Shown in pieces: positions 13,101-25,689 of a stretch of DNA of 64,000 nucleotides. This DNA is from Macrostomum lignano. Its lineage: Eukaryota. The stretch is from contig NIVC01002783.1 in NCBI GenBank assembly GCA_002269645.1, positions 1 through 64,000 of the forward strand, read 5' to 3'. The translations under genes and the position numbers were made by a program. Each line of letters starts with the position of its first letter. Within the stretch, counting starts at the first letter, position 1. The notes beneath the pieces were generated by a model that searched no databases, was not told the origin of the DNA, and saw nothing but the letters and a program-made list of their open reading frames with translations.

Positions 13101-14252
13101 GGGGTGGGGTTGGGCGCGGCGGATACCAAAAACCAGGAGGCAATTGAGTTCCGCGGCGCCAAAATGAGTGCCTGTGGCGCCAAATGAGTGCCTGCGGCGC
13201 CAAAATGAGTGCCTGTGACGCCAAATGAGTGCCTGCGGCGCCAAAATGAGTGCCTGTGGCGCCAAATGAGTGCCTGCGGCGCCAAAATGAGTGCCTGTGA
13301 CGCCAAATGAGTGCCTGCGGCGCCAAAACGAGTGCCTGTGACGCCAAATGAGTGCCTGCGGCGCCAAAATGAGTGCCTGTGGCGCCAAATGGGTGCCTGC
13401 GGCGCCAAAATGAGCACCTGCGGCGCCAAAAGTGGCAATGGCATAAGGCATGGCCAGCCAGACCAACCCGGCCCCGCCCCCAATTGAAATTCCTGGCTAC
13501 GCCACTGGTCTGACATTGTCAAATTTATGGTTTATGAAGGCTTAAGTGTAGTCTGACATTGTCAAATTCATGGTTTATGAAGGCCTAAGTGTACTCTGAC
13601 ATTGTCAAATTTACGGTTTCTGAAGGCTTAAGTGTAGTCTGACATTGTCAAATTTACGGTTTCTGAAGGCTTAAGTGTAGTCTGACATTGTCAAATTTAC
13701 GGTTTCTGAAGGCTTAAGTGTAGTCTGACATTGTCAAATTTATGGTTTATGAAGTTCATGTTTCTTGGTGTCAGGACACGAACACTCATAGTGTTTAAAA
13801 CTACAAAATGCCCGACATCTAACCTGAGTGCGGCCGTGCAGATGGAAGGTGAACAGGATGGCCTCTACGCAGAAGGCCATCAGGCAGACCGCATAGTCTG
13901 TGCCAGGCGGCAGCGGGGCTTTGCAATGCGCCAGGATGTCAACTAAGCCCGACATGGCAAAGCAGGCGTACATGGTGGCGTGCTGCCCATTGCCAAAGAA
14001 GGTGAATTGGCGATTTTCAAATGCAGTTACGAGCTCGGCTGTAAAGCCGATGCTGCAGCAGATCATTTTTATAAAGCCCTCTAAGGGCAGACGGACGCAG
14101 CAGCAGCAGCAGGGATAAACTACAGTGGACCGGTAGGCCGGGCCCCGCCTGTACTTGGCCCTGTAGTAACGGCTGAGCACGGAGTAGAGCCACCACAGCG
14201 CAAATAGCAGGAAGAATGCGCCAGGCAGCAGGTGGCCTAAGAATGTGCCCAT
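10163..14252 (-). CDS. TMEM45: TMEM45 family (DUF716) multi-pass membrane protein, 291 aa, 3 exons
   Basis: complement(join(10163-10462,12699-12845,13824-14252)); all junctions phase 0 and GT-AG. Family motifs: MGTFLGHLLPGAFFLLFALWW, GQHATMY, LFTFHLHGR, IDVVLHTLL, LQGSWFIQ|VGAMLYPP, MLATVIFAWH. Confidence 0.93.
11173..11784 (+). mobile_element. Truncated tyrosine recombinase of a DIRS/Ngaro-like (or Crypton) element in TMEM45 intron 2, antisense to the host gene
   Basis: C-terminal YR motifs PLWSY...YSAHSLRRGGA (His codon 11611)...GDWRSEAVQRYL (catalytic Tyr codon 11713). The N-terminal half of the ORF looks decayed; no RT/RNase H recognised. Confidence 0.8.
12453..12626. mobile_element. 174-bp MITE with 18-bp perfect TIRs, flanked by TA
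   Basis: ACCAGATGGGCCACTCAG (12453-12470) and CTGAGTGGCCCATCTGGT (12609-12626); TA at 12451-12452 and 12627-12628. Confidence 0.75.
12941..13755 (+). repeat. 42/43-bp minisatellite (GTGTAGTCTGACATTGTCAAATTTACGGTTTCTGAAGGCTTA) interrupted by a MITE
   Basis: Units at 12941-13043 resume at 13508-13755. Confidence 0.92.
13044..13507. mobile_element. 464-bp hAT-type MITE with an internal 20/21-bp repeat
   Basis: Perfect 16-bp TIRs CAGTGGCGTAGCCAGG / CCTGGCTACGCCACTG and 8-bp TSD GTCTGACA (13036-13043, 13508-13515). Internal (GCGGCGCCAAAATGAGTGCCT)n at ~13155-13430. Confidence 0.92.
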
Positions 14253-15482
14253 TTCTTTGCTCTGCTGTAGCTGAATCAGTGCAGAGGGTTGAAATTTTGG
14301 GTAGATTTGTTTGAGCTTTTGGCATAAAACGTCAAGATAGACACCTTTTGGGAAAGTTGGGAATAGCTTGACTTCAAATACTTTTATTGGTAAAAAAATA
14401 GTTCCCTAGCTTAAAATAAAATGTTTAATGACCTTGGGACATTGATATGCACTTTTGCTAGTCTGTAGATTTGTCTGCTTTCTTTACTGCCTAATTGAAA
14501 TTTATCTGATAGGGGAATCTAGGTTTCATTATGGATAAATTGTCTACTTAAAATTTATCTTAAATTGGAATCAATTTTACTGGAAACATGATATTTCTTT
14601 TTAGACACAATAAGTACTTTCCATGAAGCCCTATTGTAGCTAATGGCACAATCATAGAACATGTTTAGAGCCTTCAAATTTACATTGCATAAAACCCTCT
14701 ACAACTTAATTAGTATATGCTGGGTTTAATGCCAGAAAAATGACAAGACCCTGTTTGTACATTGGGTTTGTGCACAAATACAAAAATTGTTATTTGGCAC
14801 AATGTTTCTACTATGTCATTTATGCCAGGATATACCTTAAAATATGCAAAAAATAGTAAGATCCTTGTTATATGCCAGGAAATCCTAGCATACATATTGC
14901 CTTCCAAACTATGGTAATCTGATTATAAATAAGATTATTTATAGGATGATTATGAAATCTTTAAAGATTTTGAAAATTTAAATTTAAATCTTCAAATTTG
15001 AAACACAATATGACTTCTGTTACTTATAATTATATTAATAATCTTTATAGGCCTATTCCTAGTCTATATATAGTTTTTTCCTAGATCTGCTATGTTGTGT
15101 ACAATGGAATATACTTTGATATATGCTAAAAAATGGTAAGACCCTTGTTGTACTCATATATCAGGATCCTAGCATACACGTCACTTTCTAAATTATGGTC
15201 TAATCAATCATTGTATTGGATCTAAGGCAATGAACAGAGGCATAGGCCTAGCTAAGGGGGGATACTAAGGATATGTCCCTTCCCTTAAAGGTAAGAAACT
15301 TTTTATCACATTTATACCTTTATACCACTAAAAATTATTATTCTTTTAATTTAGCATATGTAGCATATACTTACTATTATAGTGGCTTAGCCTTATGATA
15401 TTGTGTTCTAATCAAAAAGTGTTAGAATTTCTGTTTGTAATTTAGAGGCTTAAATATAATTGCAATACTTTTTAGGTAATAT

Positions 15483-16443
15483 GAAAGAAGTCCAAAAAGC
15501 AACATGTGGTTTTTTCAATGTGTTTTGTATACCAAGGTGCATCATCAGATATATTGTTTGAAACAAAAGATGTAAGTGAATTTATAAATTATTTGTCAAT
15601 GAAATGTATGTAGCTGGTGAGTAATTATTTTGTATGTACAGAGTAGTAGGAGGTTGATAGTCTGTAGGGTAAGAAATCCAATAGGCAAAAATAGGCAGAT
15701 TTCTACTAATAGGTAGAAAACAAAATATAATTGAATGAGCACTGGTTACAACAAGGTCAGTGCTCTTTCACTCAGAATACATGGACAACATGGCCTGCAC
15801 CACTGTGTTAGAGTTGCATATTAAGGGTGGGCAACTGGTTTTTTTATGTACAAGGCTTCTAAGATCTTGAGCTTATGATCAGATGGGCATTGATCAATGA
15901 TTTTAAAACATTTTTCAAGTATACAATTAGAGCAACTTTTACATTCCAAAAGGTGGGTTTGGATGGCCAACAGTTTGAGCCAGTGCTCCCTGGTTCTAGT
16001 GTGCAGGTGTCTTTTGGTCTTCCCCACATAGGAGATACTCTGGTCAACAGAGCAATTGAAACAGTAGACAACACCTGCACATAGAGCATGGGGTACATGT
16101 GACTTTAACCAACCAACAAAACTGCCAACTTTGGAAGAGCAGAAAATGATACAAATTTGGCTGTGGAATAATTTTCAAATCCTGTTTTTGAAGGTGAGAG
16201 AAGCTTATTCAATTATATTTTGTTTTCTGCCTATTGGTCTTTGCCCTGCCCTATAGACTATCAACCTCCTACTACTCTGTATATACAATATACTTATTCA
16301 CTAGCTACATATGTTTCATTGACAAATATTTTATAAATTCACTTACTCACACATTTTGTTTCAAACAATATATCTGATGATGCACCTTGGTCTGCAAAAT
16401 GCATTGAAAAAACCATGTTGATTTTTGGATTACTTTTTATTTG
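15483..16443 (-). mobile_element. Penelope-like retroelement remnant: GIY-YIG endonuclease C-terminus between ~200-bp inverted arms
   Basis: Minus strand ~16135-15821 reads SKVGSFVGWLKSHVPHALCAGVVYCFNCSVDQSISYVGKTKRHLHTRTREH...FKIIDQ...KILEALYI, then frameshifts into QLPTLN. Inverted arms ~15490-15693 and ~16222-16430; 10-bp direct repeat TAGGTAATAT at 15473-15482 and 16444-16453. Confidence 0.82.
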
Positions 16444-16768
16444 TAGGTAATATAATTTTTTAGAACTTTAATAACTTAACTCGGAACTTTTCTAATATAA
16501 TGATACTTTGCTGAAATATTACTTATATGATTTGCTAAAGCATTATGCCATTGCATTACTTTGTTTGACAAAAAAATCATAGGCTTACCCTTTGAGTTAA
16601 AACTAAAGTGTGTTTATAGATAAAAATTAGGCCCCTAGGCATAATTCACACTTTAATAGAAGGCATTGTATTTAAAAGGGCTAATAAAACATGTTTTTTA
16701 GGAAGCAAAATTTGTGCATTAGTATTAGGTCTTATAATATAAGCATTTAATTTTTAAGTTTAAATTTT

Positions 16769-18723
16769 GGCAGTTGTTATTTGTCCAGTGACTGGACGAA
16801 TAGCCTTTTTGCTATTTGTCCGGTTAAATTGCTAACACAAATATCTTAGGCCTATTTGTTTCATGATGAATATTCTAGATTTTTTTAGACCTTTTCTCAT
16901 ATAAAGCAGTGTATTCAATTTGGCATAATTTGGTATATAAGACACACACTAGTATAACAATATAATAATCAAGACACGAGTAAGAAGTCTTTGAAGTCTA
17001 GGAATATTTACCCTTGTGGTTTTTATAAACTACATATTTTAGCATTATCAATTTAACCGGACAAATAACAAAATGTCTATTTGTCTGGTATTAACTGGAT
17101 GAATAGGAAAGCATGGTCAGGATAGGGGGTCCAGTGAGAAAATTTTTTTTTCGAAATCCAAATTTTTAATCATGCCATGTTGTAGTCCTGGATGTTATGA
17201 GTGAAATGACACCAAACTTTTGAAAATTGATCAAGTAATAAAAAAGTTATGGAGTTTTTTGTTTCAAAAAAATGGTGTTTTTTCCCTATCTCAAATACAC
17301 TAAAAACTGTGCCATTTTTGGGCAAAAAAGCATGTTTTTTGCAGTAAAATGTCTGTAACTTTTTTATTTCATAACCAATTTTTGTGTTTTAGGTGTTATT
17401 TTGTAGCTTTTGGTTACCATAGCATTTTCTAATATTTTTGTACATATATACCATTCTATAAATGCAGATATCTAGGGATTAAGACAAAAAAGATGAAGCA
17501 AAAAAATTTTTAGGAGTACCATTCTTTGGCTTTGTCATGGTATACTTACCATTTACCTTATTTTTATTATTGTCATATCAAAGCAATACTTGTATACTAT
17601 AATTGGTAAGATTCTTATCTTCCTACTGCTAGTAGTATGCAAATGATCGACCATTATTTTAATGAAAATGGGTCTTCCAAAGTACCACTCTAGATGTCAA
17701 TGGTGTCTAAAAATCTATGTAGCTCATGTCAATCTTAACCTGTTGAAAATGATAATGTGACAAGAGTCGCTAAAAAGTATGGAATTAGATGTACAGATTC
17801 GTATGAAGCCATTTGACCACATATATATAGCTGTATATATTGTATAGAGGGTACAGTGGGCCCTACTATACTGTTTTGCAAAAAAAGTGCATGCAGCAAT
17901 TCCCCTTCATCTTTTCAACCCCTTGCTGTACATTTTCCTATCTCCGTAATGTATTTGCATGTATGCCTGCACCAATGTTGAGAATTTTCACCTAGTGCGG
18001 CAAGGGCTAGTGGAAATCGCTTTTAGGACAAAATATATGACCAATGTCCCTACCATTTGGTGAAAAAAACTCGCGGTCGACTCTTTCCATTTTTAAAAAA
18101 AGTTCGATTTTCATGTTTCTAATGGGGATTTACATGTATTTTGCCCATTTCTGGTAAGCACACTGCGGCAAGGGTTAGAAGCATCCTGTTTGGCGTAACA
18201 GGTTCTTTTTGTCACCAGAAGTAAGTGGAAAAAAGAATTAGGGAGTCGACTCATTCCATTCAAAAGTTATGGCCATTTGAATTTTTCGATGTACATGTAC
18301 ATGTACATGTACATTTTTTTGGGAAAATTTTTTCAGCCAAAATGGTCTGCATAATGATCCCTCAATCCAATGTGCATGCATTTTTGATAGTTTTGCACTC
18401 ATTCAATGAAAACTGGAGCTGCCTGACCCCATATTTTTCTCCAATTTCGGCACAGTTTTAAAAATGTACAAAAATGTACACCATGTTTCACAGTCTGCAA
18501 CTTTCTTGTCGTATGTACTACACACACAAGCAATATGTTGTTTGAAAGATCTACTTGTCTACTTTCCAACAAATGTAAGATCGTTGCAGTGTGTCACTTA
18601 TTTCAAAAGTTATAGCCACAGAAAGAAGACCACTTTTTTGCCATTTTCCCTTCTGCACAAGCCAAAAACAGGCTCACTGGACCCCCTAGTCAGGATCCAG
18701 TAACTGGACAAATAACAATTGCC
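16769..18723. mobile_element. Mutator-like MITE (outer element of a nested pair)
   Basis: TIRs GGCA(G/A)TTGTTATTTGTCCAGT(G/T)ACTGGA at both ends; 9-bp TSD TTAAATTTT (16760-16768, 18724-18732); subterminal TATTTGTCCRGT motifs. Confidence 0.82.
17123..18688. mobile_element. 1.57-kb non-autonomous TIR element nested in the Mutator-like MITE
   Basis: Perfect 16-bp TIRs TAGGGGGTCCAGTGAG / CTCACTGGACCCCCTA; 7-bp direct repeat GTCAGGA (17116-17122, 18689-18695); no transposase ORF recognised. Confidence 0.85.
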
Positions 18724-18734
18724 TTAAATTTTAT

Positions 18735-18915
18735 GCTTTAATCAATTAATCATATATTGTTTGACAAAACAATATAATTTTTATAAAATTTTAAATTTTA
18801 TCTTTTATATTTTATATTTATCTATTTTATATTCTTTTATATTTTATTTATATTTTATTTAAATATTTATAAATTTTATATTTTATATTAAAATTATAAT
18901 TTTATAATTATAATT
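18735..18915. repeat. AT-only low-complexity tract
   Basis: Almost exclusively A/T (TATATTTT-like). Confidence 0.8.
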
Positions 18916-21900
18916 TTGACTTTTTCTAGTGGCATGGACATAGCTAGGATTTTCATCTTGGGAAAAGACTATAAGCCAAAGCCAGAACACAACACTCATT
19001 ATCAATATCATTATAACATAGCCCAAATCAAGTGATATACACTAGGCCTCCTCAAACTCAAACAAGGCAAGTATTAGTTCCTAGACAACAGTGATTTCAT
19101 AACACACGCACACGTAATACAATGATATGGAAAGAGGCAGCAGGCACGCACACTGCAATGCAGGCAGGCAAATGTAAGTCATTGACTCATTAGTTAGTGT
19201 TAGTGTACTGTCTGTACTGACTGTTACACATTGTAAAAGTTCAATTCGGATCGTTTCTTATAAATTTGTTTTCTTTTTGTTTTTAAAAGAATTTCTAAAA
19301 ATAGAAATTACTACGTTTTATAATATTAGAAGAAATTAAAATCTATTTATGAAAGCGTTATTGTAAATATTATTTGTGTTAAACTACTATTAATCATTAC
19401 TGTTGGTATTTTTTGTTTCTTTACCCTGTTTTCTACCCGGAGTTAAAAGTGGAAATTTAGCACACGCAAATTATCAATTTTCAGCGACGACAATAATGAG
19501 CTATTGTATATTATGAACTACTTCCCTTTAACCGCAAGTTGCGAAAGCTTTTTGTGCATGTACATGTATGTACGTGTATGTACACATTAGATGGAACATT
19601 AGATAGAACGCTGCCTAAAAGAAAACCACACTGATTCGTCGGGTGAAATTCTCATTAAGCTCAATATACAGCAGCTAATTCGACACAAATGGTGCATTTG
19701 TAAGATAAAATATTACAGTACTGCAAATCGCAAATGCAATTATGATTGCATACGAGCACTTCAGCTGGAGAAAAAGCTATAAGTACATTTTTTAAGGGAG
19801 TAATTGATCATATGCATGTATAGTGACGGAGTAGTAGTATAATGTTCGAATTGTTCATAAATGTGTATGCATGTACATTGTTGCACCACGCTAAATGTAT
19901 ATACAGTAATATAAAATTTAAAATATTAATTAAATAATCACTTAATTGAAAGGCTGAGCATTCAAAGAAGCTCCTATATTATATTTACTATCATCAAGCA
20001 ACCTATATATTTGTGGTGTCTCGATAGACTAACACAGGAAAACAAACGAGTAGGCCTACTTAGGCAGGTAAGACTTTTGCCGGAAAAACAAGAACAAGAG
20101 CTCCCTTAGGACAACCCGCGCTTATTTTGACATCCAACAATAAATTATTACACGATCAATAAATTAGAAACCCCAAAATGCCACGTGATTCCAAAATACA
20201 TTATACGAATGATTTATGAACTGCACTACTTTAAGTAGAGTAGTAAGAAAAAAATACCCCTTTTAGTTAGTCAGAAAAACGGCCCTTTTACGGGCTCCTT
20301 GCCACGACACAACAATATACTCGTATCCTACATAGCTGGCATAGTAGTGCAGCAGAAGTCTACAAAATGCTTTATTTGGTGTTTTTAGCATTAATGTAGC
20401 TCATATAATAAAAAATTGTTAACTTATCTTGCGAATTGGGCCAGACTGGAGTCTGTACGAGTATAATACATTTGCAAGCAGAGCTCAGAGAACTTTAATG
20501 CCACCAACCAAACAAGACTTAAGTATAAATTCTTGTCTTTTTCTATACTTGTGATCCTCGTACATGAATGTATATATTTCAAGAAGCTGCAGTACTTGAC
20601 ATATACATGCATGTTAAACTTCGTGGTCCAATTACTAATTCACGTGCCTGCTCACAGCACAGTACCATAATCCTGGAAAACCCTGGCAACACTAAAAGTG
20701 ACATTACCGAGCAAACAACGTTTATGTCTGCTTACACAATCCTTCTGACTTGGAGCTGAAAGTTCTTTCTGACCACGTGGCGCATGCAAATATCCTGTGT
20801 GCATATGTTGGGTCCGCGCTTATACGAGCGTATCGAGTGACAATTCAGGATTAAAGCTTGCTGCAAACGCTTCGGTCAAATCATAGTACAGTAAACATTA
20901 TGAATTGCAGCGGTATTTGAGGTTCCGGCTGTTCCATGGGTTGCACACATACACACGCACACATACTGTAAGTGGAACACTATACGCATTAGGTTTGCCA
21001 TCTGGACCATATAAACGCATCAAAACGCGAATGGGAGAGAGCGAGTTTAATGATTTATAACGTTGCGCCGCTACTGCTGTACTATAACTGCATGGGTAGA
21101 GATTCTGGTAACCCAAGGGGAGATACTTGCCTTATAGTTTTCCTTTCAAAAGTTTTTGCACGCGCGAGGCGGTCCACCCTAGCAGCTGTCTTTCCTTATC
21201 GCCGTGCCATAGATACCAACCCCCGAACTTGCCCGTGCCTTCTCCCTTTGGCGCGCCTCTCTGCCAGGATGCATTACGATTGTCTAAGCCTGATCCTCAT
21301 CCTCAGGAGTCTGGGGGTGGAGGGGGGCGCAGACGGCAGGCTAAGCTGAAACCACTGGGCACTGGCAGCCCTCCCCTCTGCAAATCCAAGCTATAGATAG
21401 ATTGGCCGGGAAAGCCTCAGACCTTGGCCAGCCAATTGAAGAAGGCTCCATGCCACTCTTCCCACCCGGCCCTCCAAACCACCAGTTGGGGGGAATGAGG
21501 CAGTGGGAAAGTTTCGATAGCTATTACGATTAAAAAGAGGATCCGAGTTTTGCGCAGACATTACGTCCCGCCCGGTTGCAGCAATTCACAGCTGCAGCGA
21601 CCGCCAACTGAACTCGGAATGAAGCCGATGGACGACAAGGACATCTGCGACTATCGTGAGTGGCGTGATGCTTGCTGTTTCGTCAGCTTTATCGAGCTTC
21701 TGGGCACCGATAGTTATAACTGATTTCCGAAGAGTTCGGATGTCAAAAAAACTTGAAATTACACCACACCTCCTTAGCGAGGTTTCCAAACTGAGTTTCA
21801 ATTTCACCCAACATGATTCTCGTGGAGTTTCTGTCAAAAAATAACCAGGCGACCGTTAGTAGTCGACCCACATCAGCGAGGAGGCGGAGCACGCACAAGT

Positions 21901-21919
21901 ACAGAGGCGCGAAAGCAAC

Positions 21920-22205
21920 CCATTCACAAGGACCACTGTAGCCATTCACAAGGACCACTGTAGCCATTCACAAGGACCACTGTAGCCATTCACAAGGACC
22001 ACTGTAGCCATTCACAAGGACCACTGTAGCCATTCACAAGGACCACTGTAGCCATTTGCAAGGACCACTGTAGCCATTTGCAAGGACCACTGTAGCCATT
22101 TGCAAGGACCACTGTAGCCATTCACAAGGACCACTGTAGCCATTCACAAGGACCACTGTAGCCATTCACAAGGACCACTGTAGCCATTCACAAGGACCAC
22201 TGTAG
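21920..22205 (+). repeat. 22-bp minisatellite (GCCATTCACAAGGACCACTGTA)n
   Basis: About 13 units. Confidence 0.95.
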
Positions 22206-23399
22206 TATAACATAATTTAAAACTGTAAGCTAGAAAAGATACACTACGTAGATAATTATTACATTAATTGATCTGGAGCAGTGAAGATTACAATTCTTTT
22301 AATTTCGCAAGCACTACCTGCTACTCTGTTGTATTTAATACAGCTAATTTGTGTCATGAAAGTTCCATTTTCATATTACTTTCTTCAGAAGCTCAAAGTT
22401 GCAAATGCCCACAAGTGGCATTAGGCGAAAAAAAATTCTTTTGTTCCTTCCTGAATCAATTATATTTGTAATAAAAGTGTTGCATTCAGATACTCTTAAG
22501 TCATGATGGTATGATTAGTTCCTATGTGCATATATACACATATATAAAGAAATGGTAATCTTCCCTGGGCCAAATCAAATGCAATCATTGATTATGTGAT
22601 GATATAAATGATTTGTTTCCTATCTTTGCAGTGTGTTTTTCAGGAAATTGGCCTTTAAAAAGTAGGATTAATCAGAATGATCAGCCATAAATCTATCTCT
22701 AATTTTCAGTTCACAAGTTGACTGGAAAAGTTTACTGTAGTTTCTATAAAATTCACCCGTCAAAAGTGCAGGCATTTCTGCGAAATTGTCTCGCTCCGTT
22801 CCACTTTGTCGCCGTTCTTTTTTCTGGCGCTGTTCTGGCTTCGAAAAGCGGGGGCAAAGATAGCCAGATCCGAAAGGCTTGACGACATCCTCGCGGTGTC
22901 TCCTTTCGTTCTGTCTCCGTCTGCCTATCTTTCTTAGTTTCTTCAGTTTACCTTCTGTGGGGGGGGCACATTTTGCCTCCCTCTCAGCGGGGGAAGGCAG
23001 CTGAGAGGAGTTTATCAGGCGGAGTCAGCTGCCTGGCTTCGGGGCTTGAAGGTTCTTAGGAAGTTTGTTGTTCACTTTCTCTTCGCGTCTGTCTTTAGCT
23101 GCATAAATTTTTGGGTCTCTCAGCGATTAGCCTAAATGCGCGGGAGCTCAGCTTGGCTCCCGTGCAGCAATCAATTTCTACCTTGATCTGTGCGCGCCTA
23201 TTAAACCATCGTAATACATTAGTAATACCTTCCACTGCGCCCTCACGCGGCTGAACTAGTCTGGCGCAGAAGGCAGAGCCCTAATCGTTGCTAAGTAGCT
23301 TTTAAATCACTTTGGCCCTAAGGTTGGTCGAAATGCTTCTTAGATAATTCTGCTTTTGGAATGTTGGAGATGCTGCGACTGTAAAATGTGGCTTGAGTT

Positions 23400-23805
23400 A
23401 GCGGTTGAGTTGCTGAGGCTGAGTTGCTAGGGGTGAGTTGCTGAGGCTGAGTTGCTGAGGCTGAGGCTGAGTTTCTGATTTCTGAGTTGCTGAGGCTGAG
23501 TTGCTGAGGCTGAGTTGCTGAGGCTGAGTTGCCGAGGCTGATTTGCTGAGGCTGATTTGCTGAGGCTCATTTGCTGAGGCTGAGTTTCTGATTTCTGAGT
23601 TGCTGAGGCTGAGTTGCTGAGGCTGAGTTGCTGAGGCTGGTTGCCGAGGCTGATTTGCTGAGGCTGATTTGCTGAGGCTCATTTGCTGAGGCTGAGTTTC
23701 TGATTTCTGAGTTGCTGAGGCTGAGTTGCTGAGGCTCATTTGCTGAGGCTGAGTTTCTGATTTCTGAGTTGTTGAGGCTGAGTTGCTGAGACTGAGTTGC
23801 TCTTG
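23400..23805 (+). repeat. 14-bp-based compound repeat (GCTGAGGCTGAGTT)n
   Basis: Read directly, with TTTCTGA variants. Confidence 0.92.
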
Positions 23806-24419
23806 TTTGAATGGTTCGCAAAAAGGGCCGTAATGCCGTAAAAAGCTTTCTTCTTTAAAGTCAAACCGTCCAGATTTTGATATTCTAAATTAGGAATGTC
23901 GCCAAAGATACCGCGAGTGCTTTACCATCCGCAATGACGATTGAGCTGAGACTGCTGCGGGGGCCCGGCTTATGGCATATTGCATGGCTGGCGAGCTTAA
24001 GCAAAGCGAGCTGATTGAAGACACAAAAGGAAAGCCTCCCTGCGCCCTGTTCCTGGGGTGATGCAGATGTTTGACGAACCAAGCTCTGCTGCTTCTGCTG
24101 CTGCTGCAGCTGCTGCCACAAATCCTTCAAAGAGAACGAGTCCTGACAGGTGCTTCCCCTGTCCGCCCGCGTCGCCAGCTGATTTTCAAGTCAAGATGAA
24201 GTCCGTCGCAGCAAAAGTGAATTCACGTATAAATAGTTTGAAAGAGGAAGAATTGACGGCTTGACCGTGCATGGACTAAACACAGGGAACTGTTTGGGAA
24301 GTCCCGCAAGATTGGGCAGCATGCAGCAGCCGCAACAGCAGCAACGGATCGGCAAGTACTGCTCAGTTTATGGCCTCATCATGCTGGTGCTTAATGTGTC
24401 AGCAGCAATATAAATCATT

Positions 24420-24734
24420 GAGCCACTCACCCACTCGAGTCAGTCAGTCAGTCAGTCAGTCACCCAATCACTCAAGTCAGTCAGTCAGTCAGTCACCCAA
24501 TCACTCAAGTCAGTCAGTCAGTCAGTCACCCAATCACTCAAGTCAGTCAGTCAGTCAGTCAGTCAGTCAGTCAGTCAGTCAGTCAGTCAGTCAGTCAGTC
24601 AGTCAGTCAGTCAGTCAGTCACTCACTCACTCACTCAAGTCAGTCAGTCAGTCAGTCAGTCACCCACTCACTCAAGTCAGTCAGTCAGTCAGTCACCCAC
24701 TCACTCAAGTCAGTCAGTCAGTCAGTCAGTCAGT
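24420..24734 (+). repeat. Interrupted (CAGT)n microsatellite
   Basis: Read directly. Confidence 0.95.
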
Positions 24735-25189
24735 AATTTAGACTTCCCCAGCTCACCCAAGCGGTAGAAAACCTAGGAGAAATCGAGTTTGGCCCCGAAA
24801 TCCCACGGGGTTGCTGAAAAGTGCCGCGGAAGTGATTTCTAGGAAACAGTCTCAATTCTCTTACCGGCCTGCTAAATTGACTCTGCAGCCGAAACTGATG
24901 ACTGAAGGTCTCGGATATTTTCCGTGGAAACAGGGGTCGTTTATCAGACCTAACTAGCAATCTAGTGCGGCCCCCCTTCGGGGCGCCCAATAAGAAAGGA
25001 GCAAAAATAGTTCATGGAAAACAATAAAAAAACACATTTTCTTAAACACTAATTCCTTCTTCACATTTTAAAAATCACCTTATTCGTGTAAAATTGTCAC
25101 GGACTAAGATGTTTGCAAAATTAAAAAATCACTTTTTCTCTAAAATTAACAAACAGTCAACAAAATATCGTTTCCCTAAATAGAAAATA

Positions 25190-25570
25190 TTCCCAAGACA
25201 GCAAGCAACCCCCTCCAAAAGTGAACAATCGCAGATAGCAAGCATCCTCTAATGCTCATAGCAAGAATCACCACTGAAAGCAAGCATCTGCAGATTAGCA
25301 AGCACCCCCCAGATATTATAGAAGCATCCACCCAGATAGCAAGCATTCTGCAGATAGCAAGCACCCCCCAGATATTATAGAAGCATCCACCCAGATAGCA
25401 AGCATCCTGCAGATAGCAAGAATCCCTAAATAGCAAGCATCCTGCAGATAGCAAGAATCCCTGAATAGCAAGCATCCCTGGATAGAAAGAATCCCATGCA
25501 TGTAGCCAGTACCCCCTCTCCCAAATAGCAAGTATCCCCCCTCGAGAGCAAGCATCCACGAGACAGCAAG
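25190..25570 (+). repeat. Degenerate repeat (AGATAGCAAGCATCC core)
   Basis: Recurrent ATAGCAAGCA motif with variable spacing. Confidence 0.75.
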
Positions 25571-25689
25571 TAGCTAGTGCAAATGTTACTTCCGCTAATG
25601 CAATAATCGCTTTCTCAGGTTGTGCAACAATCCACGTCTCAGCGAGCGCAATAATCTCTTTTTTAGACAGCGCAGTAATCAGCTTCTCA

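Noticed and set aside
14820-15205. Degenerate ~100-bp direct repeat pair upstream of TMEM45
   Set aside because: AT-rich and diverged; no termini or function could be assigned.
21586-21844. Short ORFs that might be a transposase or THAP fragment
   Set aside because: No diagnostic motif recognised in any frame.
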